Source of the DNA: Eledone cirrhosa
Lineage: Eukaryota
Assembly (NCBI GenBank): GCA_964016885.1
Contig: OZ024740.1
Span: 342,860,001 to 342,924,000 of the forward strand
DNA length: 64,000 nt
Reading direction: 5' to 3'
Part shown: positions 12,695 to 24,799 of the stretch, piece after piece
Position numbering within the stretch: position 1 is the stretch's first letter
How the letters are laid out: each line of letters begins with the position of its first letter
Position numbers and translations under genes: made by a program
The notes under the pieces: generated by a model
What the model saw: only the letters and a program-made list of their open reading frames with translations
Told to the model about the DNA's origin: nothing
Database searches by the model: none

Positions 12695-12891
12695 CTTTTT
12701 TTGTTTAATATAAAGAACTGTTTCATTGTTTTATTCATTATTTTTTTAACATTTTATCTTGACTCTGTATTCCGTTTATCTTTCACCGAAAGTGATTGTT
12801 GAATGCATCTCTTCTTTCCATGATATCCGGATTATATTGAGTTCTTCATACGGATTGGACACTACCGTAAACTCTTGGTAGATTTATCTAC

Positions 12892-12989
12892 ATATATTAT
12901 ATATATATATATATTATAGATATATATATATATATTATATATATATATATAAATTATATATATATATATATATATATTATATACATATA

Positions 12990-13027
<38 letters not shown>

Positions 13028-13069
13028 CATATATATATATTATATATATATTATATATATTATATATAT

Positions 13070-13125
<56 letters not shown>

Positions 13126-13228
13126 GGAACGAGTAGGACCCCGACGGCTGAGCTCAAGCCGTTTCGACGGCTAATTCTGGACGTTTGGTGCGTTATGGTC
13201 CACCTGGTTCCTTACCACATTTCCTTCG

Positions 13229-13296
<68 letters not shown>
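12892..13296. repeat. (TA)n tracts flanking the PLE, with a short inserted fragment at ~13125-13230
   Basis: Seen directly. Confidence 0.9.
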
Positions 13297-13298
<2 letters not shown>

Positions 13299-13645
13299 AG
13301 GCACATGGCTTAGTGGTTAGAGCATTGGCCTTGCAATCGAAAAGGTTGTGAGTTTCAATTCTCAGACCGGGTGATGCGTTGTTTCCTTGAGCAAGACACT
13401 TTATTGTACATTGCTCCAGTATACTCAGGTGTAGAGATGAGATGATATAGACTGGGGTCCATATCATTCCACTGCAAAGTGGTCGTGGAGGTGCCATAGC
13501 AAAAAAAAAGCACCCAGCACTCACTGTAAATGAGGTTGGTGTTAGGAAGGGCATCCAGCTGTAGAAATCAAACCAGAATCAGTTCCCGTCCCACCCTTGC
13601 AAGCAGGGAAAAGAGGATGTAAAATGAAATGATGATGATAATGAT
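13297..13645 (+). mobile_element. tRNA-derived SINE, family B (RTE-type tail)
   Basis: A box TGGCTTAGTGG, B-box-like GAGTTTCAATTC, body GTTAGGAAGGGCATCCAGC, tail CCCACCCTTGCAAGCAGGGAAAAG..(GAT)n; other copies at 22541-22871 and 44466-44758. Confidence 0.85.
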
Positions 13646-14877
13646 ATATGAAAAGATTCAGGACCCTGCCGACTGAGCTCCGGTTGTTTCGACAGCTAGA
13701 TCCGAACGCATATATATGATATGTGTACGTGTGGAGCTTATGAGATCTGTGTATATAGTGTATGATATGTAACATGTATGCATAATAAGTATATGTCTAT
13801 AAATTCTTTCTAATTTTTATGTATGCATGTGTGCAGTCTTACCATCTCCTGCCTCCTCTATTTTTTATTTTTATTTTCTCATCTACCTTTTCTTCTCTCA
13901 TTCCATCCCTCACTCATTTTCTTCCAGTATGTACCCTCTCATACTATTTCCTCATCTTAATTTCTAGCCTGTGTAGACACACCTACCATTTTCTACCCTC
14001 TCCTCTCTTCTATCTCCCCCCTTCTCTGCTTTAGTCCAGTGCAACATTTATTCTCCAGCTTTTCACAATGATACCCCTGACTACCTGCTACTACCAGTGA
14101 CTGTAAGAATTCCATACATTCTGCCAAATCACTTCCTACATAAATTCAAGAAAGATTCTTTATACCTCAGTATATCCCCAGGAAGGTTTGCTTCATAGAA
14201 ACTGAAACCACTAGGCATTGTAGTTAGGTTTATACTTTCCTTTGTAACCATTCTGCTCTTTCCCATGCATAGAGTACTACCCTGATTACTACTGCTGGTC
14301 TCAGCACTGGAATTTCAATGTACACACACATACACACACATATATAAATATATAGAGGATCCACAAATCTCGGAAAGAACTGAAGCTTGCACGCTCTGAT
14401 GGATGTATAATAGTAATCTGCATGAACAACAAAGTATCAATGAACTGAGAGAGAGGGGTCAGTTGCAGTGTGCATTAGAGGGGATTGTGGCAGTATGGAC
14501 ATGTAATGTGTATGGAGAATGACAACTGCATAAAGAGATGCAGGGCACTCAAAGTCAACAGAAACTATGAAAGAGGAATACCTAGCAATGCTTGGGATGG
14601 CGTGAAGCCCCCAGCCCACACTGTAAAGTGGTTGTGCTGGTGACAACAAAAAGCACCCTGTACTCACTGTAAATGAGATTGGTGTTAGGAAGGGCATCCA
14701 GCTGTAGTAACCAAGCCAAAATCAGTTCTGTATGTACAAACCATGGTCACCTGATCTAACATTGCCCACAACAGGACAACCCGTCCAACCCATGCTAGCA
14801 TGGAAAAATTGACATAAAGCTGATGATGGTGATGATTATGTATGTATGTATGTACATACATACATAACAACAACAAC

Positions 14878-14910
<33 letters not shown>

Positions 14911-15584
14911 CAGATATAAGAAGTGTTGTTAAAATACGAAAACATTCTTTTACACTATTTCACTGTAGTCATTTTTTATGGAATGTTTGGCTCTAGTCCA
15001 CCCACTCCTCACTCATGGTTCCTCAGTTAGTCTCTGCAATGACGTCATTTTTTATTGTCATTTATGTACATTATACGTCAGGAAAGTCTGTCATAAAAGT
15101 TCATGATGTGTAACAGCAACATTGACATGTGTCAACAGTAGCTCAGTTATTTTGTTTAAGATTGGAAAGGAGTGGCAGAGGATAGGATGTACGGTTGTCA
15201 GACCTGAAGTCACAATACTTTGATCAATTTCTTAGAATCTAAGGTTTTGCATAATATTGTTTATATAATAGGTGCATGACTTATGAATATTGTGTAGTAG
15301 ATTCAATTCCTGGATCAAGTAGAGCATTGTGTTCTTGAGCAAAACACTCTATTTTATGTTGCCCCAGTCAACTCAGCTGAAAATGAGTTTCAGCATCAGC
15401 TTGGGGTTGACCCTGTGATGGACTAGTGTTTAACTCCAATGAAACTGGGATAAGGTTTGGCCTGATGAGTCTCAGGGCTTGGGAGAGACTTTAACTTTTT
15501 AATCATTTTTAATCAGGAGTCTATAAAAAAATCCACAAAAGAGAAATAAGAAAGTAACAGTGTTTCTTTCAAAAAGAATCATAA

Positions 15585-16290
15585 CATCATTTTATGTCTG
15601 TTTTTCGATGCTTGCATCGGTTGGATGGGTCCTTTTCAGCACAGCATCTCTCCACTCACTACATTCCTTCAGCAATTTGAGATCAGCTCTCACCACCTCT
15701 GCCTAAGTCTTCCTTGGTCTATCTGTACTGTGACTTCCTTCCACTGGGATTTTCTGGTACTTCTTCACTCAGTGATCCTCATCCATGCACATCACATGTC
15801 CATACCAACAGTCTTCTCTCTTGTATACCACTTCAGATTTCTCTTAAACCCAGTTTCTCTCTTAGTTCATCCAAGCTCTGCCTTTTTCTCATATTTACAT
15901 TGGACATCAAATGAAGTATGGTTGCTTCATTTCTTGCCAGCCTACACTTTCCTCTGCAGTCATTGACCATGTTTCACTACCATGCAGCATTGCACTTTGC
16001 ACTCAAGCATCATACAGTTATCTTTTGTATGTAAGGAGAAACCTTTTGTTGCCAACAGCAGGAGTAGCTTCTTCCATCTTATTCTTATTCTAACTATTAT
16101 GCTCTCAGAGCACCCTCCTCTATTACTCTATAACTCAATCACCTAGATAGCAGACGCTATCAACTACTTCTATGGATCCTTTTCATGGCATTGGAAAAAG
16201 TTTATATCACTGACACTCTTCTCCTCAATTACTCTTGTGCATCTTCTACATACAAATTTGTCCCTCCCTGTTAGTCTACCTGATATTTTA
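15585..16290 (-). mobile_element. Decayed RTE LINE 3' fragment
   Basis: Visible similarity to 46871-47600 (e.g. CACTACCATGCAGCAT, GCATCATACA, CAGAGCACCCTCC); no intact ORF. Confidence 0.75.
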
Positions 16291-17636
16291 AAGATATGGT
16301 TGAAAATGAAATCCAATATCAGAATTGGTGAAAAATGAAGGATTCAGAAAATAACTAAGTACTAAAGAAAAAATCGTCAGAGTTGATTATATGTTAAGTG
16401 GGGGAGGGTGCCCTTCAGGGCTTCCAAAACTGGTGGGAAGGAAGGTATCCTTAAACCAGTGGCCTGACTTTAATGTTTGCAACAGACTCAATTCTCTTGA
16501 AAGGCATCCAAGGGTCAGGTGGTGGTGTTAAACCAGCTAATAGATTAAGCCTACCATCCAAGTAAGCCACAGATGGATATGAATTCAGAACACAAAGAAC
16601 CAGAACAAATACCACAAGGCATCTCATCCAACATTCTAACAATTCAGCCAAACTACTGTCATAGACTGGTATTTTATATTATTAACTCTGAAAGTTGGTG
16701 GGATTTGAACTCGGGACACAGAAAGTTGGAAGAAATATGCAAATCATTTTGTCCTACATTCTAACATCTTTGCTGATTCACTGCTGTTGATAATAGCTTT
16801 TAAAATGCTGATATGCAATTTAAAAACCAAAAAGATAATAGAAAGTACCAGGCTGATTAATATATGGAATAACACCCCCATTAGACGATGGAAAATGTTT
16901 GACCATGTGTTAGGCATGCCCACAAAGAGACCAGTGAGGACCTCCCTTGAGTGGAGGCCAGGAGTGGGCATAGGAAGTGAGGTAGACCTTTCAATACTTG
17001 GTTGAGGTCTGTGGAGAAAGACCTAGTTGACATGGATCTGACCTAGGTGCAGGCTCATAACTAGGCTGGCAACCATACTGAATGGAAATCTCTTGGCACC
17101 CAATTCTTTATAGGGAGCAAAAGAAACCAAAGAAGAAAAAGAAGGTGCAGATAGTCAAGTGAATAAGGTACCAGATAATCAATCAGTATTTTAAGATCCA
17201 TCATTAACAGGAAGAAAAAAAACTGTTTCTTCTTTACACACAAACACACATGTGGTGAGTACTGCTAACACACACAAAATACTTAAATGTGCTTTTGTTA
17301 GTTAACCTCAATGACCTTAGCACAAAATGCCATTTTGTTGTTAACAACAAACTCACATTTAAACTTGCTTATGGTGCCTTCTATGGATATAGATAAGATA
17401 TTTAGGTGTACTTCTATCATGCCATATCAGACAGCAGAAAAATGTACATTGCAGAAAATTACCAATCTAGTGAAACTGACATATCTGTGTTATTTCTGAC
17501 TAATCAAATAAGTTCTTTTTTTGTTTTCTTTTTTGATGCAATGGTATCTTTCTCTGAACTTTAAAGTGGCCCTAAAAGATGCTATATAACTATTTTACTG
17601 ACATACTCATCACCATCATCATTATCATCACCACCG

Positions 17637-17670
<34 letters not shown>

Positions 17671-18254
17671 TATCATCATCACCATCATCATTTAATGTCC
17701 ATTTTTCTCTGTTAGCAAGGGTTGGACAAGGTGTCACAGACCAAGTCAATACTTAATTAGAGCTACTAACTTCTCCAACAGGCTAGGAGGCCCACATCTC
17801 ACAGCAGGTGCAATTTATTTTGTCATCCCTTCAGATGGGTTGGGAACCCGCCTCTCACTTACATAGTCCCTGCACTCTACTGAGTGCACCGGGTGAATTT
17901 TATCATGGCACCAGCACTAGGGAGTTTATCATGTCTTTGATACAGCTGAAGTGTCCTCTCAATTCTTTGTTTCACAAGTTTTCTTATAGGTGTGCAAAAT
18001 TATTTTCTCTGCCTCAAAGCTATTTTGTCTTGTTGCCTTATTAACTTAAAATGCTATATGCATACATACACTCAGTATACAATTGCTAAAATTACACCAT
18101 GCATTTTAGCAACAAATCTCTACATCTCATATGACAATATATTTTTGAACCCAAACATTTATCCTTTTGGAATGATTCTATATAGTGTCATTGCACTTGT
18201 TATTTACATTTTTATATCCTAACATGTTTACTCACTGAAACTTGTAAAGAAACT

Positions 18255-18466
18255 TAATTGTTTCTACATTTGGCATGAAGACAATAATTTGAAGGGAAGG
18301 GAAAAGTCAACTAAATCGACCTCAGTGCATTACTGGTACTTTATTTTATTGACCCCCATAATGATGAAAGGCAAAGCTAACCTCAGTGGGATTTGAACTC
18401 AAATTGTAAAGGGACGTAACTCTATGCTGCAAAGCATAATGTCCAATGCTCTACCGATACTACCAA
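18255..18466 (-). mobile_element. tRNA-derived SINE, family A
   Basis: Shares TACTGGTACTTTATTTTAT.GACCCC.TAA.GATGAAAGGCAAAG and the GGATTTGAACTC B box with 62283-62464. Confidence 0.8.
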
Positions 18467-19670
18467 AAAACCATAATGCTTGCCAATTGTATTGCCTGTA
18501 CTCAACTGTATTTGTCTGAGTTGATTTCTTAATCACTGTTCTATATCCATACTAAGTTTGAAATAAACTACAATTGTTTTCTATAAACAACTTTAAACTA
18601 AATAAACTTCCTGTCATCAAGGAAGTTTGAAGTGGCAGTTGACTAACAATTCTAACAGACAATTCATTTTATTCTTGTTGGCTGATTAACATCAGCACAT
18701 ACTTACTCCCATCTGTTTTCCTTTTTCATCATCTTCAACTATATATGTGTGTTTTGTTTTGACTTTTGTGTTTCCTATTGTAATGTTTCCCATGTAATAT
18801 ATGTCTTGTGTCTAATTGTGCTATCTTCTGTATTTTATGTCTATGTATAAGTTGAGTGTTTTGTTTCGTATTTGTCTTATCTTCTGTATCTTATGTCTAT
18901 GTATAAGTTGAGAGTTTAGTTTGCTTTGTAATTCGCTAAGGTCTTTTCTGGTGTATGTTTAGTGGAGTGGATTGAACGTTTCTGCAGCAAGGCAGGCAAA
19001 GTATGGTATTTGGTTCTGTCTCTTTACATTCCGCATGCAATTCTTGGCAGGGTCCACTATACTTTTTATCCATACATGGACTGATAAGATAAGTACCAGT
19101 CAAGTACTGGGGTCAATATAAGTGATTGTTCCTAAAAGTGTGGCCCTGCGTCTATGCTAGTAATCAAATTATATTATGAGTATTAAACAATTTCAACTTA
19201 AATTAACTCGCTAACTGTGTATTTATATTTCATACTCTGGTTAGAATCTACAGGATATTTGTATTGAGTACTACTGAATTTCAGATTTGATTATGTTTCT
19301 TCAATATATCTTAAATAAATTTGATTTTGAACTCTAGTTGTATTTTATGGTCATCCATTTTTTTTCTATAATTCAGGTTTAGCAAAATGTTGACAATATA
19401 TTGTAGCAGATGACTTAGTCAATTCTATGTTTTCTTCTGAACCTAGTATGCATATATGGAAAATCATACATTGACACACTCAACTTTTCTATAGAAAGAA
19501 GCATTTCCCATTTTGAAAATTATGAAAAACTCCCATCTTAGATTCAAAGCAAATTTTCATATTGGAGTTTTGTCTTCTCAACTTTCCTTGAAAATGGCAT
19601 TTTCTCAATTTCACTTCAAATTCTATATCAGGTATATTTCATTAAAGATTTCAGTGTACAAACTATAAAT

Positions 19671-20037
19671 AATTGTTTCTACTTTTGGCACAAGGCCAGC
19701 AATTACTCAGTACATTACTGGTACTTTATTTTATCGACCCCGTAAGGATGAAAGGCAAAGTTAACCTCGGCGGGATTCGAACTCAGAATGTCAAGGGCCG
19801 TAACTCTATGCGTCCGACCCTCTACCGATACTGCCAATTCACCAAACTATAAATAATTGTTTCTACCTTTGGCACAAGGCCAGCAATTACCCAGTGTATT
19901 ACTAGTACTTTATTTTATTGACCCCATAAGGATGAAAGGCAAAGTTAACCTTGGCGGGATTTGAACTCAGAATGGCAAGGGCCGTAACTCTATGCGTCAA
20001 AACATGGCGTCCGACCCTCTACCAATACTGCCAATAG
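19671..20037 (-). mobile_element. Two tandem family A SINEs
   Basis: Two ~180-bp copies, each preceded by CAAACTATAAATAAT. Confidence 0.88.
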
Positions 20038-21450
20038 CTTCATAGACTATTTTTTGGCCAGTCAGTACACAGCATAGTTCCCTGTTTTTTTTTTCTTCAC
20101 TGGCAATTCAGGACTTTTTCTTCTACCATTTGGTCCATAGTAATACAGTCTTATAGCCAGCAGTTTGCTTTTTTAAGGTTGCAATCAACTACATGGAAGA
20201 TAACAGTCATCAAACCAGTTTCTTTCAAGTTTCTCGTCATCCCTCATCTTTATTGCTGCATAATGTTTTGCCAATCCATCAACCGTATCATCATCTACTT
20301 GCCACTAGACATTCTGAATTTGTTCTCACCATAGTATATAATATTACAGTTGATCTAAGTAATATGTCACATGTGATACACAAGTTACAATTATTTGATT
20401 TAATATAAGCAAATTATGGCAGTGTGTAATTGTACTAACTCAGGTGAGCTGTTTAAATATGGATACAATCTTCCCAGTTGTATATTCAACCAAACATAAA
20501 TAAACAAAGAACTGAATATTAACAGTACTTATACACATAATTTGTGGGCAATTAGAGAGAGGGGGAGGGAGAGAGAGTGAGTGAGTGAGAAAGAGAGAGA
20601 GAGAGAGGGGGAGGGAGAGAGGAAAGGAGGAAGGGAGAGGGTAGAATTAGATCTTTCAAATGTACTACAGTGGAGTAGAATCAGGAAAAAGGTGGAAAAA
20701 ATATTTAGATTCTAATCAAAACAACAAAGGAGTAAACAAAATAGAATCTGGAAATAAACTAAAGATGATCAACTTATATATATCTACTTGTAGATGAACA
20801 ATGGAACATTTCAGTAGCTTCTTAAACAATATCCTTTCCATAAAAGGTAGGTCAAATATACGGGCGTAAACTACTTGGTGTTATATCCTGTTTGCGACAA
20901 TTGAAGTGATCATGGAAAGAGACATCAAGCAGAAAAATACAAACAACAGTTTCATTTGTTATTTAATCACTAGTTATTGTTAGTAATGTATCAAGAGAAA
21001 TTGACCAGTGTAGTGATTCCCAAACTTGCTTTGTCGTGGAATCCTCCACATTCGATTTTTCCAAAAATTATAGAACTCATACCTATTTATTCCAGTTTTA
21101 GAATAGATACACCATATCCTAGCATGTCATAAGAGGTGACTAAAAGGGTTGATATCAGGAAGAGCATCAAGCTGTTAAACATTATCTCAAAACATCGCGT
21201 CGAACCCATGCTAGGATAGAAAAGTCAATGTAAAAAAGATGATAATGATGATGATGATGATAATGATTTAATTTTGATAAGACATTAAATGAAACAAAAA
21301 ACTCCTTTTGAGGACAAATTTATTCTTTAAAAATATAATAAATTCTTATTAAATCTTATTAAAAGACAGAACCCTCTTTAGGAAACACTGGGCTATGGCA
21401 AAATAGATGTCTAATATTGACTCGCAGTTAGAAGTGTTGAGAACAGAGTA

Positions 21451-21747
21451 CAGTGGAACCTCAGGTCATAAACATTTTTTCTGAACATAAAATGTCTCAG
21501 TTCATGAACAGTGTCTTAAGTAATGAACACACAAGCCGGCAACAATGATTGGCTACAAACTTGGAATATCTGCAGGAAAGCATCACTTGTTGTGTAGTTA
21601 GTTACTATGGTGATATCTATCTGTCTCTCTCTTTCACTTTATTTCTCTCTCAACATTATGTATGGTAAAAATAGTTTTGGTTTACAAACATTTCAAGTGA
21701 TGAATGACTTTCAGGATGAATAAAGTTCATGAACCAAGGTTCCACTG
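21451..21747. mobile_element. Tc1/mariner (pogo/Tigger-like) MITE
   Basis: TA-CAGTGGAACCT...AGGTTCCACTG-TA terminal inverted repeats with TA duplication. Confidence 0.8.
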
Positions 21748-22540
21748 TATTCTTATTAACACACTTCTTCCTGAATGAGAAATGAGCCTTCAACATTTCA
21801 ATGCCACACAAACCAGTTTTTAGCAAGTCTGTGTCTTGCTTCATGTAAGATGCATTTCCTTTATCATACCTTCAGTTGTTTTATGGTAGGTGTTCTTTGG
21901 CTATTCAAGATTTTACTTTCCAGATAGTGTCCATCTTAATGCTGTCCCAATCCATTCTGAGTGTGTGGTGTAATCACCTAAACCATCAGCATTTTATTTC
22001 AAGGATTACACAATTACAACCAGTTTTGGGGAGTAGCTCCTTCCTTCACACTTTGTTGGGCCAGAAGATGTGGCAAATTTTCCTCTGATATCCATTGTGG
22101 AAAGCATTGACTCTGCTCATGCCACCAGCATTCTAAGTTATACATGAGGACAGATTTGATAGTACTGTTATAGCAACCATCTTAGTCTTAAGAATATATT
22201 TCCCCGACTTCCAGAGCCCTGAAGTCTTGTGAATCCTCAGTGAGTTTTGGTAAACCTTGCTCTGGTGTCCTTTTTTTCTTTGTTGACACTGCTGATCAAC
22301 TGGAGCTCAGTATATTACAAGTACTTTCTATTATTGACATAAAAGGTAATGTTAACCTAGGTGGGATTTGAACTCAAAAAGTAAAAAGAGATAAGGTATT
22401 TTGTTTATCCCTCTTCCAATTCTGTCAATTTACCTCCCTTAGCTGTGGTGATATTACAATAGTATATATTTTGTTTTACAAAAATTCATACTCTTGGAAA
22501 TCATAAGTTACTGAAAAATATTCAAACTGAATATAGTTTC

Positions 22541-22871
22541 ATTAGTTTCATTTTACATCCGCTTTTCCCTGCTTGCAAGGGTGGGATGGGAACTGATACT
22601 GGCTTGATTTCTACAGCTGGATGCCCTTCCTAACACCAACCTCATTTACAGTGAGTGCTGGGTGCTTTTTTGCCGTAGCACCTCCACAACCACTTTGCAG
22701 TGGAATGATATGGACCCCAGTCCCTATCATCTCATTTCTACAGCTGAGTAAACTGGAGCAATGTGAAATAAAGTGTCTTGCTCAAGGAAACAACACATCA
22801 CCCGGTCTGAGAATTGAACTCAACCTTTCGATTGCAAGGCCAATGCTCTAACCACTAAGCCATATGCCTCC
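22541..22871 (-). mobile_element. tRNA-derived SINE, family B
   Basis: Reverse complement of 13297-13645; shadow ORF MPFLTPTSFTVSAG shared. Confidence 0.85.
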
Positions 22872-23432
22872 ATATATGCCTCCAATATATTTTTTCATAT
22901 TAGAATAAGTAGGATCAAAATTTTAAAAAATATTAAAAAGAAATATTAGATATTTTACTCATTAACAAACATGAAACTGTTCGAATATATTAAATGCATC
23001 TTTTTTATAATGATAGTAATGCAAGTATATCCATTTCCAAGATGGCCGACTGAATAAGCATGTGTGTTTTTTTCTACCCATTTTTTTTTCTCATTTTCCC
23101 TGTTCCTTCCTCTCATTACTCTTTATTCTCTATTTATCATCTATTTCTAACTCTTATGAAGGACTAGTGTCCGAAACATTAAGACTCTCTTCCTGCTATT
23201 CCAAGAATTAAACTAATATATTTCTTCCATTTGTTCTCATATTTTTGTTATTTCTTTTTCATTTTTACATACATATATATCTATGTATCTATATATATAC
23301 ATGTAACAAAAACTCATCTAAACCTTCCTCTAATGGCTTATCACACTCTTACTAAGTAACTTTTACACAAAATAACTCTCCAAAGCAATAAAATAAAAGA
23401 GACAGGGTCTTCTCCTGTATCACTGCTTAACA

Positions 23433-23856
23433 AATAATTGTTTCTACTTTAGGCACAAGGCCAGCAATTTGAAGGGGAGGGGGAAAGTCAATTAAATCAA
23501 CCCCAGTGCATTACTGGTGCTTTATTTTATCGCCCCTGTAAGGATGAAAGGCAAAGCAAACCTTGGTGGGATTTGGACTCAGAAGATAAAAGGATGTAAT
23601 TCTATGCCACGGAGCAGAGTGTTCAACGCTCTACCGATTCTGCCAATCCATTGCCGCGGCTTAACAAATAATTATTTCTACTTTTGGCACAAGGGCATCA
23701 GTTATCCCAGTGCATTACTGGTACTTTATTTTATCGACCCCGTAAGGATGAAAGGCAAAGTTAACCTCGGCGGGATTTGAACTCAGATCATAAAGGGCCG
23801 TAACTCTATGCTGCAAAGCATGGCGTCCGAGCCTCTACTGATACTGCCAATCCACT
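23433..23856 (-). mobile_element. Two tandem family A SINEs
   Basis: Two copies bounded and separated by three GCTTAACAAATAAT repeats. Confidence 0.88.
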
Positions 23857-24799
23857 GCTGCTTAACAAATAATGTAACATAAATGTATGTCATTTGGTCT
23901 CATTGTTAAACGAAACAGCTTCAACATAGGCGTTCAACATCAATGTCTAATATTGTTTTTTCCTTATTTTATAATAATTCATATTACATCCTGCATTATA
24001 ATATGAAATGAAGAAAATACATCAGAAGTCAATGAATTTTCCAGTTCAGGACAAGACAAAACTTTGTTATGTATGAAACTAACCAAATTCCAATATATAC
24101 TTTGGAAAGTGACGGACGCTACAGAAAAAATGGTGGAAATATGTAAATGTCTCTAATTTGAGTTAAGTTTGAGTTATTTCTCTCATTGTAAACATTTATC
24201 ATTTTTGTACAATTGCTTTGAATTGTAACGTCGTCAATGTTTGATGCTACAAGAAATATATATTTTTGTAAATAAGACAATAGAACCGTGTGGAAATGGA
24301 AGCACCAATTGAAACATAAGTTTTAAATCTCCGAAGCCGTTTATGAAAGTATTGAAGAAGACAAGAAAACACACTTTGATCTTCCAACGTGGAAGAGGCT
24401 CCTATCAGAAGAAACCGTCACCGAATCATCATTTTTCTTACCTGTTGTACAAACCTGGCTGGACACAGAACACTGCACAAACATTCTAATAGTTCTATAG
24501 AGTTATGAAATAATACATATGAATAAGCCATAGATGACGAACATCATTAAGTAATGTCAGTTTCATGAGGAGATAAAACGCCTCCATCCTTTTGAAGGAA
24601 AAAAAAAAAAAAAATGAGTATAAATCCTGGAAAACTGTAAGTCTGGTATTCAAAAAAAAAAAAAAAAATCTCAAGGGATTGACACTCCAAATTCACTATT
24701 CTCCTTTTACTTTGCTCCACTTTTCAAATTAAATGACACGGTGGTTCAGTTATATTCAAATATTGTAAGCGCGTCCATTGAGAATATCGTCTATGACAA

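Larger units (their letters stand above)
3877..12891. mobile_element. Penelope-like retroelement (PLE) with C-terminal GIY-YIG, arranged as a large inverted repeat
   Basis: Left arm ~3877-7525 is the reverse complement of right arm ~8476-12756; the unpaired spacer ~7526-8475 encodes the RT; (TA)n on both flanks; hammerheads in the terminal repeats. Confidence 0.92.

Noticed and set aside
21007-21390. Possible hAT MITE (AGTGATTCCCAAA...TTTAGGAAACACTG)
   Set aside because: TIRs imperfect and no clear 8-bp TSD.
24614-24642. ATG...CT|GTAAGT as the first coding exon of the GPCR
   Set aside because: It would end in phase 2 while the 51661 exon needs phase 0; no supporting evidence.
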